From contig JAVLKG010000001.1 of NCBI GenBank assembly GCA_032128875.1, forward strand, positions 160,001 to 224,000: DNA of 64,000 nt, in the 5' to 3' direction. Positions 10,286-21,439 of the stretch are shown in pieces. The position numbers and the translations under genes are program-made. The notes below the pieces were generated by a model. The model was not told the DNA's origin. It did not search any database and worked only from the letters and a program-made list of their open reading frames with translations. The first letter of the stretch is position 1, and each line of letters begins with the position of its first letter. Origin of the DNA: Candidatus Melainabacteria bacterium 17Bon1m (GTDB lineage Bacteria; Cyanobacteriota; Vampirovibrionia; Obscuribacterales; Obscuribacteraceae).

Positions 10286-10615
10286 ATGCTTAACCAATCT
10301 GATTCGCTTGACCTAGTATTTCAGGCGCTGGCTGATCCCACGCGAAGGGTCATGGTTGAACGCTTGACTCGAGGACCTGCTTCCGTCAGCGAACTTGCGC
10401 GGCCGCTCGATATGTCATTACCCGCTGTTGTTCAGCATCTGCAGGTACTTGAAGCGAGTGGGCTTGTCAAAACCGCAAAAGTTGGACGCGTGCGGACCTG
10501 CACGATTGATTCAAAGACGCTCACGCTTGCTGAGAAGTGGATAAACGACCGGCGCACGCTATGGGAGCGTCGCTTGGATCGCTTGGGTAATCTTCTTGAT
10601 GAAGATCAGGACTAA
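10286..10615 (+). CDS. ArsR/SmtB family transcriptional regulator
   Basis: LVFQALADPTRR...SLPAVVQHLQVLEASGLV. True start is the internal Met of the 9929..10615 ORF. Confidence 0.92.
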   Translation: MLNQSDSLDLVFQALADPTRRVMVERLTRGPASVSELARPLDMSLPAVVQHLQVLEASGLVKTAKVGRVRTCTIDSKTLTLAEKWINDRRTLWERRLDRLGNLLDEDQD

Positions 10616-11490
10616 GACTTCGTTCCCTTTTTCAATTTCTTGATTGCTTCTTCTGCCAGATCGCTGTCGGGATAGTTTTTCTCTAGCTCAGGAGCAAGTG
10701 TTTCTGCCAGCCACTTTTCGGCGCCTTTGATATCTGCCCAGAGGTAGCCACAGTCCATAACATATGCTTCAGCTTCCCGCTCGTCACCGAATCCGATTGT
10801 GCTTGGTGCGCTCTCCGGGAGCGGTAAAACTTCAGCGAGATAAATCGGCACGTGCATGTTGACGTTGAATGCTTTGATCAAGAACTGATTTGTTTTGTCG
10901 GACGAGCCGTATTTTCTAAAGAGGTGAAGTGCTTTGGTGTAGCTCAGTACAGCGCTTGCCTCATCTTCATATTTTGCAAGCAAACGTTCGAGCTCTTCTC
11001 CGCGGTTTGCCTCGAGCAAGCAAGCGGCAAATTGATAATGGACGCCCTGGTGATCAGTTGGATTCCACTCCATCAATTTGCGATATATATCCAATGCCTC
11101 ATCGATTTGATCTTCCCACTGGAGATCAATCGCGAGCATTGCCATGGAATGCATTAGCGGGCGAGTTTCGCTGGAGAGCCAAAAGCTTCCTTTGTAACGG
11201 CGTTCCCACTCGTTGCCGAGCATCTTCTCCGCCGCTTCGATTGCCTTTCTGTAGTGCTTCATTCGAGCCGAGCGTTCGGATGTTTCTTCCGCGATAAGGG
11301 TGTGAGCTTCAGCGCAACCTGGGAAAATCGAGAGTGCTTCCTTCGCAAGCTCAAGACGCTTTTTGCCTTCTTCTGCGCGTGCTTGGGAAACCTTCTTCTG
11401 CGCCAAGCGTAGTTCTTCTGGTGCTTTCGGTGCGCCTGGCACTTCGCGACGAATCAGGAAGACGTTAGATTTAGTGGTGCGCTTTGTCAC
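10612..11490 (-). CDS. TPR-like helical repeat protein
   Basis: All-helical, with motifs [11 protein letters not shown] and [11 protein letters not shown] resembling a widespread uncharacterised TPR family. Confidence 0.65.
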   Translation of the reverse strand: MTKRTTKSNVFLIRREVPGAPKAPEELRLAQKKVSQARAEEGKKRLELAKEALSIFPGCAEAHTLIAEETSERSARMKHYRKAIEAAEKMLGNEWERRYKGSFWLSSETRPLMHSMAMLAIDLQWEDQIDEALDIYRKLMEWNPTDHQGVHYQFAACLLEANRGEELERLLAKYEDEASAVLSYTKALHLFRKYGSSDKTNQFLIKAFNVNMHVPIYLAEVLPLPESAPSTIGFGDEREAEAYVMDCGYLWADIKGAEKWLAETLAPELEKNYPDSDLAEEAIKKLKKGTKS

Positions 11491-11557
11491 GGTTTGAAGA
11501 CCTCGGCGAATTCACGGCTTACAAAACCATGATTTTATCAGAGGTTCCAAGAGTTTT

Positions 11558-14080
11558 CTATCGCAATGTTTCAAGCTTCTTCGCAAGGTATGGTGCGGTC
11601 CGGCTGGAAGTAGATTTTGCAACCTTCTCAGGAGTTCCTTTTGCAACTACCTTTCCACCTAAATCACCAGCACCTGGACCCAGGTCAATAACCCAATCCG
11701 CTGATGCAACAACATCCATGTCGTGCTCAACGACAATCACAGTGTTTCCTCCGTCCACGAGTGCGTGCATCAACATCATTAGCTTTTCTACATCAGCAGG
11801 GTGAAGACCTGTTGTTGGTTCATCCAGCAGGTAAACCGTGTTGCCTGTTTGAACTCGCTGCAACTCGGTAGCAAGCTTGATGCGTTGCGCTTCTCCACCG
11901 GACAACTCTGTCGCCGGTTGTCCGAGTTTTAAGTAACCCAAGCCAACTTCACGCAGTGTTTTGAGAGCGCGTTCAACTGCCGGAATTTCAGTGAAAAACT
12001 CGCTTGCAGCATCAACGGTCATGTCCAATACATCAGCGATGTTGTGATCGCGATACTTGATTGCAAGAGTTTCTTCGTTATAGCGTGTTCCGCCACACGC
12101 TGCGCAAGGGCTGTAAACGCTCGGGAGAAAGAGGAGTTCAACCGAGACGAAACCTTCGCCTTCACATGTGGTGCAGCGCCCGCCGTCTACGTTGAATGAA
12201 AAACGTCCGGCGTTATATCCGCGCGCTTTTGCTTCTGGAGTCGCTGCGAATTTCTTTCGAATGAAGTCGAACAGTCCAGTGTATGTCGCAAGGTTGGAAC
12301 GCGGAGTTCTGCCGATCGGTTTTTGATCGACGCACACCAGGCGTTTGATGTTTTCCAGTCCTTCAATCTTTGCTGGACGTTGTTCGTCTATTTCTTCTTC
12401 GATTTCTTCTGCATCTTCCTCTGACTCTTCTTCTGTTTTCTGGCTTCCTAAAGCGGAATTCAATGTGTCCGCCAAAACCTGGCTTATCAGCGTTGACTTG
12501 CCACTGCCGGAGATTCCAGTTACTACAGTGAGAACAGATAAGGGCAACTCTATTTCAAGATCTTTGAGATTGTGCCTGTTGATAGCACTTAGTTTCATCC
12601 AGCCCGACGGTGCAATAGGTTTTCTAATGCTTTGTGATTGCTCGTTGAAAACATACTTCTTCGTAAGAGACTCGCTCGCTTTTGATAGCCCTTCGATCGG
12701 GCCGCTATAGAGTAGCTTGCCACCCTTGTCACCGGCATGCGGACCGACATCCACTATCCAATCTGCAGCTCGCACAAGATCCATCTCGTGCTCCACTACG
12801 AAAAGCGAATTGCCGTCTTCCTTCAATTGAGAGAGTGTCTTAAGCAGTGCTTCTGTATCGGCTGGGTGCAGCCCGGCAGATGGTTCGTCCAAGACATAAA
12901 CCACACCGAATAGCCCAGAGCGTAACTGAGTGGTGAGGCGGAGTCTTTGTAATTCACCAGCTGAAAGTGTAGGAGTGGATCGATCCAATGAAAGGTAGTC
13001 TAACCCCAGTTCACTCAGCAGTGCGATTCGATCTATCAGATCCGTGACGATTAGTTTTGCAACTTCTTCGTTCGCTGCAGTCGCATCAATGCCTTTAGTT
13101 GAAGGCGACTTTGACGAGAGTTCTTTTTTCAGAACTGCGGCGAGCTCTGCCAGAGACATTTGCGAAAGTTGCGCGATATCGAAGCCGCCAAATTTTACGG
13201 CGAGAGCCTCTGCTCTCAACCGCTTTCCACCACATGCGGTGCACGGCGCTTTTTCCATAAATCGTGCAACACGCTTTCTCAAAGTGGGGCTCTGTGTGGT
13301 AGCAAAAGTATGGCGAACATACACTGCTGCGCTCATATAGGTCCCTTGATACGGACGCTGAATTCGATGCGCCTCACGCTCTGCATGCACTGTGACGACC
13401 GGCTTTTCTTCCGTAAATAAGATCCAGTCGCGGTCCTTTTTCTTTAGTTCTTTCCACGGTTTGTTTACGTCATAGCCAAGAACGTTCAAAATGTCGCGAT
13501 AGTTCTTTCCTTGCCATGCACCGGGCCAAGCCGCAACTGCACCTTCTTTGATACTCAAACTGTCATCCGGAACCAACGATGCTTCGCTGACCGTATGAAG
13601 AATTCCAATGCCGTGGCAATCTGGGCAAGCGCCCGTGTGGGTGTTTGGGGAGAATGCGTCAGAGTCGAGTCGTTCTTTCGCGTTTTTCGGATAAGTGCCA
13701 GCGCGAGAGAAGAGCATCCTCAGCGAATTCGATAAATTGGTTATTGTTCCGACTGAAGAACGTGCAGTTGGCTCGCCGCGTCTTTGCTGCAACGCGACTG
13801 CCGGCGGTAAGCCTCGTATTTCAGTAACTTTTGGCGCCGGCAGCTGTGCGATCAAGCGGCGCGCATATGGTGCAATTGAATCGAAATAACGGCGTTGTGC
13901 TTCCGCAAAAATTGTGCCAAACGCAATTGATGATTTGCCTGATCCAGAAACCCCGGTGAAAACAACAAATGCATTTCGCGGTATGTCGATATCGATACCG
14001 CACAAATTGTTTTGTCGGGCTCCACGAACTTCAACAAATCCATCTTTATGTGCTGTGTTTTTGGAGAGCGTCGTTTTCAT
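11558..14080 (-). CDS. uvrA: Class II UvrA (UvrA2/DrrC-like) ABC ATPase
   Basis: GARQNNL, two Walker A motifs ([18 protein letters not shown]), [20 protein letters not shown] and Zn fingers. At 840 aa it is short and appears to lack the UvrB-binding insertion. Confidence 0.9.
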   Translation of the reverse strand: MKTTLSKNTAHKDGFVEVRGARQNNLCGIDIDIPRNAFVVFTGVSGSGKSSIAFGTIFAEAQRRYFDSIAPYARRLIAQLPAPKVTEIRGLPPAVALQQRRGEPTARSSVGTITNLSNSLRMLFSRAGTYPKNAKERLDSDAFSPNTHTGACPDCHGIGILHTVSEASLVPDDSLSIKEGAVAAWPGAWQGKNYRDILNVLGYDVNKPWKELKKKDRDWILFTEEKPVVTVHAEREAHRIQRPYQGTYMSAAVYVRHTFATTQSPTLRKRVARFMEKAPCTACGGKRLRAEALAVKFGGFDIAQLSQMSLAELAAVLKKELSSKSPSTKGIDATAANEEVAKLIVTDLIDRIALLSELGLDYLSLDRSTPTLSAGELQRLRLTTQLRSGLFGVVYVLDEPSAGLHPADTEALLKTLSQLKEDGNSLFVVEHEMDLVRAADWIVDVGPHAGDKGGKLLYSGPIEGLSKASESLTKKYVFNEQSQSIRKPIAPSGWMKLSAINRHNLKDLEIELPLSVLTVVTGISGSGKSTLISQVLADTLNSALGSQKTEEESEEDAEEIEEEIDEQRPAKIEGLENIKRLVCVDQKPIGRTPRSNLATYTGLFDFIRKKFAATPEAKARGYNAGRFSFNVDGGRCTTCEGEGFVSVELLFLPSVYSPCAACGGTRYNEETLAIKYRDHNIADVLDMTVDAASEFFTEIPAVERALKTLREVGLGYLKLGQPATELSGGEAQRIKLATELQRVQTGNTVYLLDEPTTGLHPADVEKLMMLMHALVDGGNTVIVVEHDMDVVASADWVIDLGPGAGDLGGKVVAKGTPEKVAKSTSSRTAPYLAKKLETLR

Positions 14081-14316
14081 CTAAGGCTTCAGTTTCTGCG
14101 CGAAACACCATTTGCCGCGCGAGACATCATTAAATCACACTGGAAATGCCGCAAAGCGGGGCACACGGATTGCGTTGCTGGATCTGGGGTTGCAAATAGG
14201 ATTGGTTTTCAAGAAACGTGCTGTTACTTTTGGCTGCTTTTCCCTGCCCTGTACGAGGTTTAAGGGTAAAATAGCTTTTCTTAAAGCATATTTCTTGCAT
14301 CACAGGGGACCAAACC

Positions 14317-16029
14317 GTGAGCTCTTCCGCACCCGCGAAAACTACTGATTTCATCAGAGAAATCATTAACGACGACCTGCAAGCCAAGCGCCACACCAAG
14401 GTGCTGACTCGCTTTCCTCCAGAGCCGAATGGTTTTTTGCACATCGGACATGCCAAGTCCATCTGCTTGAATTTCGGTATTGGTGTTGAATACGCCGAGA
14501 AGTTGCCGGGCACTGGAAGCGGTTGCAATTTGCGCTTCGACGACACCGATCCTGCGAAGGAAGACACTCTGTTTGAAGAGGGCATTCAAGACGACGTCCG
14601 CTGGCTTGGCTTCCAGTGGGATGGTTTCTTCCATGCAAGTGATTACTTCGAAAAGATGTATGAGTATGCGGAACATCTCATTGAAGCGGGAAAAGCTTAC
14701 GTCTGCAGTTTGAGCGATGCTGAGACAAAACAATATCGTGGTGATGTAAAAACACCTGGCACAAACAGTCCATATCGCGAGCGCACAGTTGAAGAGAGTT
14801 TGGACTTGTTCCGTCGTATGCGTAAGGGCGAGTTCAAAGATGGTGAACACGTCCTGCGTGCGAAGATCGACATGGCTAACGCCAATATGAAGATGCGCGA
14901 TCCGATGCTTTATCGCATTCGCCACACTGCGCACCACATGACCGGTGATAAGTGGTGCATTTATCCAATGTACGACTATGCGCATCCAATTTCTGATGCG
15001 CTGGAAGGAATAACACATAGTATTTGCACTCTCGAGTTCGAAAACAATCGTGAGTTATATGACTGGGTTATCGACAATTTGATTGATTACGCAAAGTTTC
15101 CCAGTCGTCCAAGGCAGTACGAATTTGCAAGGTTGAACTTGAATTACACCGTGATGAGCAAACGGCGTTTGCTTGAACTCGTGGAAGGCAAGCACGTTGA
15201 TGGTTGGGATGATCCCAGACTTCCTACGATTGCTGGAATGAGACGTCGTGGTATCACACCAGAAGCTATTCGCAATTTTTGTACAACTGTAGGTGTTGCT
15301 AAAGCTAACAGTACAGTCGACATGGCTCAACTCGAATTTTGTATTAGGGATGACCTCAACCAAAAGGCACCACGGGTGATGGCTGTTTTGAAACCACTTA
15401 AGGTGGTGATTGAAGGCTATCCGGATGACAAAGTTGAAGAGCTCGATGCCTCATATTGGCCGCATGATGTTCCCAAAGAAGGCTCGCGCAAGGTGCCATT
15501 CTGCAAAGAGATTTACATTGAACAAGACGATTTCATGCTCGAACCGCCTAAGGATTATTTCCGTTTGGCACCTGGGCAAGAAGTTCGTCTGCGCTATGCG
15601 TATTGCATCAAGTGCACCGATGTCGTGAAGGATTCGAACGGCAATGTAACTGAAGTTCGTTGCACTTATGATCCTGATACTCTCGGCAATAATCCTGTTG
15701 GTCGCAAGGTCAAAGGAACGATTCACTGGGTTAGCGCTCGTCATTCAGTTGATGCAGAAGTTCGTCTCTACGACCGACTGCTTTCCGAAGAAGCTCCGCC
15801 GACCGGCAAGGACAGCGAATTCCTCAATGCAATCAATCCTAATGCACTTCAGGTTTTGAAGGGCTGCAAATTGGAAAGAAGCCTGGGCGAAGCTGCCTCT
15901 GGTGATCGCTTTCAATTCGAGCGTCAAGGATATTTTGTCGTTGATACGAAGGACGCCAAGCCTGGTGCTCTCGTTTTCAATCGCATCGTAACTTTGAAAG
16001 ACTCGTGGGCAAAAGCTCAGAAGAAGTAG
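14317..16029 (+). CDS. glnS: Glutamine--tRNA ligase
   Basis: [15 protein letters not shown] (HIGH), [22 protein letters not shown]. Confidence 0.97.
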   Translation: MSSSAPAKTTDFIREIINDDLQAKRHTKVLTRFPPEPNGFLHIGHAKSICLNFGIGVEYAEKLPGTGSGCNLRFDDTDPAKEDTLFEEGIQDDVRWLGFQWDGFFHASDYFEKMYEYAEHLIEAGKAYVCSLSDAETKQYRGDVKTPGTNSPYRERTVEESLDLFRRMRKGEFKDGEHVLRAKIDMANANMKMRDPMLYRIRHTAHHMTGDKWCIYPMYDYAHPISDALEGITHSICTLEFENNRELYDWVIDNLIDYAKFPSRPRQYEFARLNLNYTVMSKRRLLELVEGKHVDGWDDPRLPTIAGMRRRGITPEAIRNFCTTVGVAKANSTVDMAQLEFCIRDDLNQKAPRVMAVLKPLKVVIEGYPDDKVEELDASYWPHDVPKEGSRKVPFCKEIYIEQDDFMLEPPKDYFRLAPGQEVRLRYAYCIKCTDVVKDSNGNVTEVRCTYDPDTLGNNPVGRKVKGTIHWVSARHSVDAEVRLYDRLLSEEAPPTGKDSEFLNAINPNALQVLKGCKLERSLGEAASGDRFQFERQGYFVVDTKDAKPGALVFNRIVTLKDSWAKAQKK

Positions 16030-16059
16030 AGTAAGCACTACAGCCATAGAGGTTCAGCA

Positions 16060-16953
16060 ATGAATAATTTCAGCGTTTGCTTTTGGATGGACGGTGAGGC
16101 AGCGAATGCTTTCGCCTTCTATCAAACGGTCTTCAAAAACGTGAAGAAGCTGTCGTCTTTGAATTACAGTGATGCAAACAGCGGACATGGCGGTCTCCCT
16201 GCAGGCAGTTTGATGACTGTCGAGTTTGAACTTGAGGGACTCCAAATCCTTTTGCTGAATGGCGGGCCGATATTCAAAACTAATCCATCGATTTCTTTGC
16301 ACGTCGCGTGTGAGACTGTTGCAGAGTGCGATGAGCTGTTCAACAAGCTTGCGGATGGCGGTGAAGTTTTGATGCCACTGGACAAATATCCGTTCAGTGA
16401 AAAGTTTGGTTGGGTCAACGATAAGTTCGGCATTTCCTGGCGCGTGATTGTCGGCAAGGCTTCGCAGAAAGTGACGCCAACACTGATGTACCAAGGTGGC
16501 AGCGACAGCACCGCTGAAGCAGCGATGAATCACTATACCTCTATCTTCAAGAATTCAAAGATTCTTGCTGCGCATAAATTTGAAGAAGGTGAGGGTCCCG
16601 TCAATCTTGTGAAGTACGCCGAGTTTGAATTGAACGGCGAATTGTTTATGGCATTTGATAGCCCAATTGCTCATGCATTCAATTTCAGTGAAGGTGTTTC
16701 GCTGATCGCATATTGCAAAACTCAGGAAGAGGTCGATCACTTTTGGGACAAACTAGTAGAAGGCGGAAGACCCAGTCAATGCGGCTGGCTCGTCGACAAG
16801 TTCGGCGTGTCCTGGCAGATTATTCCTACTGTGATGATTGAGTTGATGCAATCTCAAGATGCCAAAGGATACGATAGCGTGATGCAGGCCATGCTGGAAA
16901 TGGTGAAGCTGGATATCAAAGCTTTAGAGAAAGCAGCTTACGCGCACAAGTAG
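16060..16953 (+). CDS. Tandem PhnB/3-demethylubiquinone-9 methyltransferase-like VOC protein
   Basis: Two repeats ending in GWVNDKFGISW and CGWLVDKFGVSWQI. Confidence 0.9.
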   Translation: MNNFSVCFWMDGEAANAFAFYQTVFKNVKKLSSLNYSDANSGHGGLPAGSLMTVEFELEGLQILLLNGGPIFKTNPSISLHVACETVAECDELFNKLADGGEVLMPLDKYPFSEKFGWVNDKFGISWRVIVGKASQKVTPTLMYQGGSDSTAEAAMNHYTSIFKNSKILAAHKFEEGEGPVNLVKYAEFELNGELFMAFDSPIAHAFNFSEGVSLIAYCKTQEEVDHFWDKLVEGGRPSQCGWLVDKFGVSWQIIPTVMIELMQSQDAKGYDSVMQAMLEMVKLDIKALEKAAYAHK

Positions 16954-16956
16954 ACA

Positions 16957-17838
16957 TTACTTCTTGCGACCCATCGTTCCTCTGATTGTGCCGTGCGGCT
17001 CGCTTGTGTTGACGAAAACCTCATTTTTGTTTTCCAGTCCCAGCGGTTCCAGATTGAATGGAATGCGATGCAAGTTAGGCATTGTCAGCGAGATTTCATC
17101 AATGTCCGAAACCTTTGAAATAACTGCATCGCCCATTGCGAACAATGTCTGCTGCGCTGAAAGGCTGTGGTGTTGCGCAAAAGTCTCAAGCATGATTTGG
17201 CGGGCCTTTTCATAGCCGGCATTAAAGTCGGCCTTTTCATTTTTCCAAATCCATCGTGCTTCTACTTTCGTGCCGAAGATTCTGTCATGCGTATCTTTCA
17301 AAGTTGTGTAAGCATCCTTGATGTGACCGGCAAATTCAGAGCCAGTAATCTTCGCAACGATCAAATTGTCGATACCGGAAGTGATTTTTGTTTCCTTCCT
17401 CGTCATGTAGATGTGCGTGTAGCGCACGTCGCTTTGTGCTTTGACGAATGAAGTCGGATGTACGCCGCCTTCAATCAAAATATTCGACCAGATGTCTTCG
17501 CTAATTCTGATGTTCACTTCGTCGACGTGTTTGTAGTCATCGAGGAAGTGTTTTGCCAGGGCAATCCCGTATTCCTCGATGCTGTTGAGATCGTTTCTCG
17601 CACCGTAAACATAGACAGTATTTTTCATCGAGTCAGTGGCAACAATTTTGGAGTTGTCGCCTTCGTAGTAGCATCCGCTAAATTCGGGACCTGCGAGTTC
17701 TACTTCTACCGTTATCTCTTTCCAAGTAGGAACCTTGCCAGAACGATTGATCTTGGTGAGGCGGACCAAGCTTTTTCCATAGGAGTCCTTGACAAGAGTG
17801 CTGGCAAAAGCCGTCTCTTTAGTCGGGGTTACGCTCAT
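16957..17838 (-). CDS. pucL: Urate oxidase (factor-independent uricase)
   Basis: YGKSLVRL, GDNSKIVATDSMKNTV, YTTLKDTHDRI, SLSAQQTL, MPNLH, PHGTI. Confidence 0.93.
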   Translation of the reverse strand: MSVTPTKETAFASTLVKDSYGKSLVRLTKINRSGKVPTWKEITVEVELAGPEFSGCYYEGDNSKIVATDSMKNTVYVYGARNDLNSIEEYGIALAKHFLDDYKHVDEVNIRISEDIWSNILIEGGVHPTSFVKAQSDVRYTHIYMTRKETKITSGIDNLIVAKITGSEFAGHIKDAYTTLKDTHDRIFGTKVEARWIWKNEKADFNAGYEKARQIMLETFAQHHSLSAQQTLFAMGDAVISKVSDIDEISLTMPNLHRIPFNLEPLGLENKNEVFVNTSEPHGTIRGTMGRKK

Positions 17839-18004
17839 GAGATTGCCCTCCCCAGGACAGTTGAATGCAATGATCTAACGGACCTTTGCCGCTGTTGCTT
17901 ACTGTCGCAAGCGAAGAACGGCACAATTACGTTTTAATAGCGCCAATCTTCCCGCTCTGCCTGATGTTGTGTCAAGCGCAAGTGCGGTTAAATTCCCGAT
18001 TTAA

Positions 18005-20176
18005 TCAAGGACGCTCTCTTCGTTGTTTGAGCGCCTTGGATTGCATAGGCTCGGCCGGAACGATTGGCGCGGCTGCTTCCGGGAGATCGAGTGCAGGATT
18101 ACGTTTGAAAAACGCTTCCGGCATGATCTTGAATCCCATGCTCGTTGAAGGCATTACTGGCCAATCTTCAACGCGAGGAGCGTGAGTAATGCCAACTGTG
18201 TACCAGCAAACAAGATCTTCGTTATCGATGGAATCGGCGCTTATCCACTCAGGCAGTCCTTCTCCTCCGACGCTCGAGGTGGGGTAGTCGCCGCCTGCAA
18301 ACATCTCATCATGCTTGTACTTTGTCGTCCAAAAGTGGTGACGTAAAAAGCCTGCTCTCTTTCTGTTGTAAGAGTCAGGATGACTGTACGGATAAGCGTT
18401 GGTGCCAGGCTGAATCAAATAGCCCGGTGGATGTCCAAGGTAACTTGATACATTTTTGTTGACTACTTTCCAGCATCGACTTTGCACTTCGTTGAGATCT
18501 CTTGCCGCATCTTCTTCCCGACGCAGGAGATTACGCTCCAGTACAAAAGTATTTTGCTCTAAATGTCCACGACTTTCGTTGATGGGTCTTACGTTTAACT
18601 CGTAAACGTTATTCTTAACACCGTCCACGTCGAAGTCCATGCGGAAGCAAAAGAAGTGCTGGTGATTTATGCCGACGATGTTAGGTGCCATTAAGGTTCC
18701 GTATCGCTCTACACCTTTAGGAATGATATTTCCTTCCTCATCAGGGTCTTGCGAGCAAACTTCGCATTCTTTCAGTTTGACGCCTTGCGCTAAAACATCG
18801 CCGTTAAGAGTGACTTTTACATCTATCGAGCCATCTTGATTGAAAAAGTATTGGCTGAAGTAGTCGTAATTTCCCAGGGTAAACATGTGTGCAATGACGA
18901 GTTGTCGACCGCGTCTGGTGAGCGTTTTGTCTGCGTCATCGTCGTGATGTTCCCAGAGGATGCCACCATCTTGTTCCCAAATCGCTAACCCTGCCGGCTT
19001 GATTTTTATTGTGCCGACGCTGTTTGCGTATGGAACATCAATGGTTTTTGCGTGATTTGGAATCTCGTGACCTGGGCGCAAGGTGGTCGTCAATCTGCCA
19101 AGCCCGTATTCTCCTTCGTCGATAGGCGAGCGCCATACCCAGTCAAACCCAGGTGCGCCATAGGGAACAGAAACTTCCGAAACCCCAAGGCGATGCAATA
19201 CTGGTCGAACTTTGCCTTCATCCTCGTAGCCTATGCAGTGAAGAACTAAGCCCTCGCGTGAATCCAATTCGTATCGAAAACGCCATTTTTGCCACCGCAC
19301 TTCGTGCCCATCTAAAGTGAAAGATGGACCTTCCGGTTGTGTAGTCAGCAACGGTTTGCAGGGGGCACGCAACTTCCCAACGTTGGTCTGATCAAAGTAG
19401 TTGGAAGACACTCCGGCTAAAGGAATTATGTCCTTGCTATCTCGAACATCGCATGTCTTTTTCGTCAGATTAACGACCGCAGACAATCCTTCAATTGGTT
19501 CTCCAAAAGAATTATGTCCGACCACTCTGTAGTACGGATATCCTCTCAATAGCCTGTCATTTTCGGGATTATTGATATTCACTGGACTGCCTACGACAAA
19601 CATCTCCATGTGAACATTTTCCATATCCTTGATTCCGCGGCGTTCTAGTCCCTTCATCCAAGCTTGGTTGTTCTTGAGTATTTCAATTCCGAGTGGAGTA
19701 TCTTCTTCGAGCTGCATAGGTTGCACGCGTTTGCGCAGCACATCGGAAATCACCTGTTTATTATTTAGATCAGTTATGACCTCGTGTGTTTCATTGGTGT
19801 CGATACCATAAAGAACTGCAATCGACTTTCGCTGGATTGGATCGCCTGGCTTGTAGTTTAAGGTCACCTCTTTTTCCGGCTCGAGTAGTGTCAGTGAGAC
19901 CAGAGATACATTCGCGCCGAATTTCCCTGACTCCTTAAGAATGCGAACATTGTCCGCAAGTTCTAATTTGGTTAGCGGATCCAGCGGATGCAAAATTGGC
20001 TCAGGCGCAACCGCTGTAGCTGTGCTGTCACTTTTCGAATCGACGCTACTTGCCGACGATGAAGCTTTGCCAACTGAGTCTGCTAACGCAGGAAGCACAT
20101 TACCGCCGAATGCGGTGCTCAGCATCAGTAAAGACAGTGAAATGCTTGTGAAAGGGTGCCGCTTTTTGCGCATCAA
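18005..20176 (-). CDS. tynA: Secreted copper/TPQ-dependent primary amine oxidase
   Basis: Sec-type signal, HPLDPL, TPQ consensus GNYDY, Cu ligands HQH and THAPRVEDWPVMP. Confidence 0.93.
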   Translation of the reverse strand: MMRKKRHPFTSISLSLLMLSTAFGGNVLPALADSVGKASSSASSVDSKSDSTATAVAPEPILHPLDPLTKLELADNVRILKESGKFGANVSLVSLTLLEPEKEVTLNYKPGDPIQRKSIAVLYGIDTNETHEVITDLNNKQVISDVLRKRVQPMQLEEDTPLGIEILKNNQAWMKGLERRGIKDMENVHMEMFVVGSPVNINNPENDRLLRGYPYYRVVGHNSFGEPIEGLSAVVNLTKKTCDVRDSKDIIPLAGVSSNYFDQTNVGKLRAPCKPLLTTQPEGPSFTLDGHEVRWQKWRFRYELDSREGLVLHCIGYEDEGKVRPVLHRLGVSEVSVPYGAPGFDWVWRSPIDEGEYGLGRLTTTLRPGHEIPNHAKTIDVPYANSVGTIKIKPAGLAIWEQDGGILWEHHDDDADKTLTRRGRQLVIAHMFTLGNYDYFSQYFFNQDGSIDVKVTLNGDVLAQGVKLKECEVCSQDPDEEGNIIPKGVERYGTLMAPNIVGINHQHFFCFRMDFDVDGVKNNVYELNVRPINESRGHLEQNTFVLERNLLRREEDAARDLNEVQSRCWKVVNKNVSSYLGHPPGYLIQPGTNAYPYSHPDSYNRKRAGFLRHHFWTTKYKHDEMFAGGDYPTSSVGGEGLPEWISADSIDNEDLVCWYTVGITHAPRVEDWPVMPSTSMGFKIMPEAFFKRNPALDLPEAAAPIVPAEPMQSKALKQRRERP

Positions 20177-20305
20177 ATTAATCCCTGCATACTAGGGCGA
20201 AAACGGTTTTCGGTTCCCAAGTGTCAAGGATTGGAAAGCGAAAAATCAAGATATCACATGTGCGCGAAAACATGAGGCTGGCCAGCCGCTGAGATTTGTC
20301 GAGTC

Positions 20306-20950
20306 CTATGGCGCGACAATTGATTCATAATATTGAATTCGCTTTGTGTATTCTTCCGACTCCTTATTCACGTGCATTTTTGTCAGCCTGATGCCACGAT
20401 GTGCTGCTTCTACTGCGCTTTCCCTGTCTTTTGCCGCTAGCGCCACCTCTATGACTGCGTCGTTCAAGGAAATCTTCTCGGTGGATGAGGTGTTGTTTTC
20501 GATCATCTGAAAGGCTTGCCAGGCCATCTCGTCAGCCTCTTGAATCCTCCCCATCTCTTCTAGTTTTAAGCAAAGCCCAGACATCTGAATTGCTGCTTCC
20601 TTGCTTTGCACGCCGTATGCCTCCTGCGCTGCAACTATTGATGTTCTCAGTGTCTGTACGCAATCTGGGTGAGCGATCTCAAACTGAAATCGCGACATCA
20701 GCGAAAGCGTTCTTGCTCTTGCCGTGAGATCTTGCATCTCCTGCGCAATTGCAAGTGCTTTTGAAGCATGAGATTCGAATTGAAGGTATATCTTCTTGCG
20801 CCTCCTGCTCCTTGAATAATAGAGATCCTCCGCCTTTTGAAAATGCAGCTGCCACGTTGGTTTGCCGAAGCGCAACTCATTTTGTTTTACCCTGGAGTTG
20901 TCCAGCGTTTTAAATGGAAATGGAAACAGGTTTTTCATACTCTTGTTCAT
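20306..20950 (-). CDS. Hypothetical TPR-like helical protein
   Basis: Helical repeats (e.g. AQEAYGVQSKEAA). ATG at 20950 follows GAGAGG. Confidence 0.55.
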   Translation of the reverse strand: MNKSMKNLFPFPFKTLDNSRVKQNELRFGKPTWQLHFQKAEDLYYSRSRRRKKIYLQFESHASKALAIAQEMQDLTARARTLSLMSRFQFEIAHPDCVQTLRTSIVAAQEAYGVQSKEAAIQMSGLCLKLEEMGRIQEADEMAWQAFQMIENNTSSTEKISLNDAVIEVALAAKDRESAVEAAHRGIRLTKMHVNKESEEYTKRIQYYESIVAP

Positions 20951-20984
20951 GACAATAACCTCTCTGTATGACGTCTTATAAGCA

Positions 20985-21013
20985 AGTACGTAGTTGTCGA
21001 ACAAAAAGTTCAA
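20985..21013 (-). promoter_or_regulatory. ECF-sigma-like promoter (copy 1)
   Basis: Minus strand TTGAAC-TTTTTGTTCGACAACTA-CGTACT; near-identical copy at 33329-33357. Confidence 0.6.
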
Positions 21014-21036
21014 TGACCCCACATTAAAGTTGGGTC

Positions 21037-21065
21037 TTGACAGGGTGTTGATACGTATTTACACT
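21037..21065 (+). promoter_or_regulatory. sigma70 promoter for the RHH-thermonuclease pair
   Basis: TTGACA(21037)-17bp-TACACT(21060). Confidence 0.6.
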
Positions 21066-21087
21066 TGAAATTACGGAGGTATGAGCT

Positions 21088-21417
21088 ATTTCTACAGACA
21101 AACGTTCAATCACTTTTTACGCAGACAAAGAGATCGAGACATGGTACGAGTCACTTCCAACTAGCGTGCGAAGCCGAACCATCAATGACTTACTAAAGAA
21201 AGCAATTTCAAATTCTGGAAAGAAGGATCTATCCTTACACAAAATAGACAAGCACGACTCGGTACTTCGCGAGTTGGTGGCGCTCGTTTCAATTCTCTCG
21301 CAAGAGCAAATTGCCGCATGCGACAGCAGACATAAAGATGCTTCTGCCAAAGCATTGAAAAAACGAATCAAGCACTCCCTTAGTGAACTTGATCAGGTAG
21401 CTTCAGCGGGCTATTAG
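21088..21417 (+). CDS. Ribbon-helix-helix-like protein, probable non-canonical ATT start or frameshifted start
   Basis: Frame is open from 21085: ISTDKRSITFYADKEIETWYESLPTSVRSRTINDLLKKAI (RHH pattern). GGAGGT lies 7 nt before ATT 21088. Confidence 0.55.
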   Translation: MSTDKRSITFYADKEIETWYESLPTSVRSRTINDLLKKAISNSGKKDLSLHKIDKHDSVLRELVALVSILSQEQIAACDSRHKDASAKALKKRIKHSLSELDQVASAGY

Positions 21418-21439
21418 TCCGCCTAGAAAGTCCATTTAG

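Noticed and set aside
14281-15018. 245-aa antisense ORF within glnS, and similar shadow ORFs inside uvrA, dcp, the GH13 and GH63 genes and the 1771-aa gene
   Set aside because: They lie entirely opposite well-supported genes with no motifs or SD; expected from codon bias.
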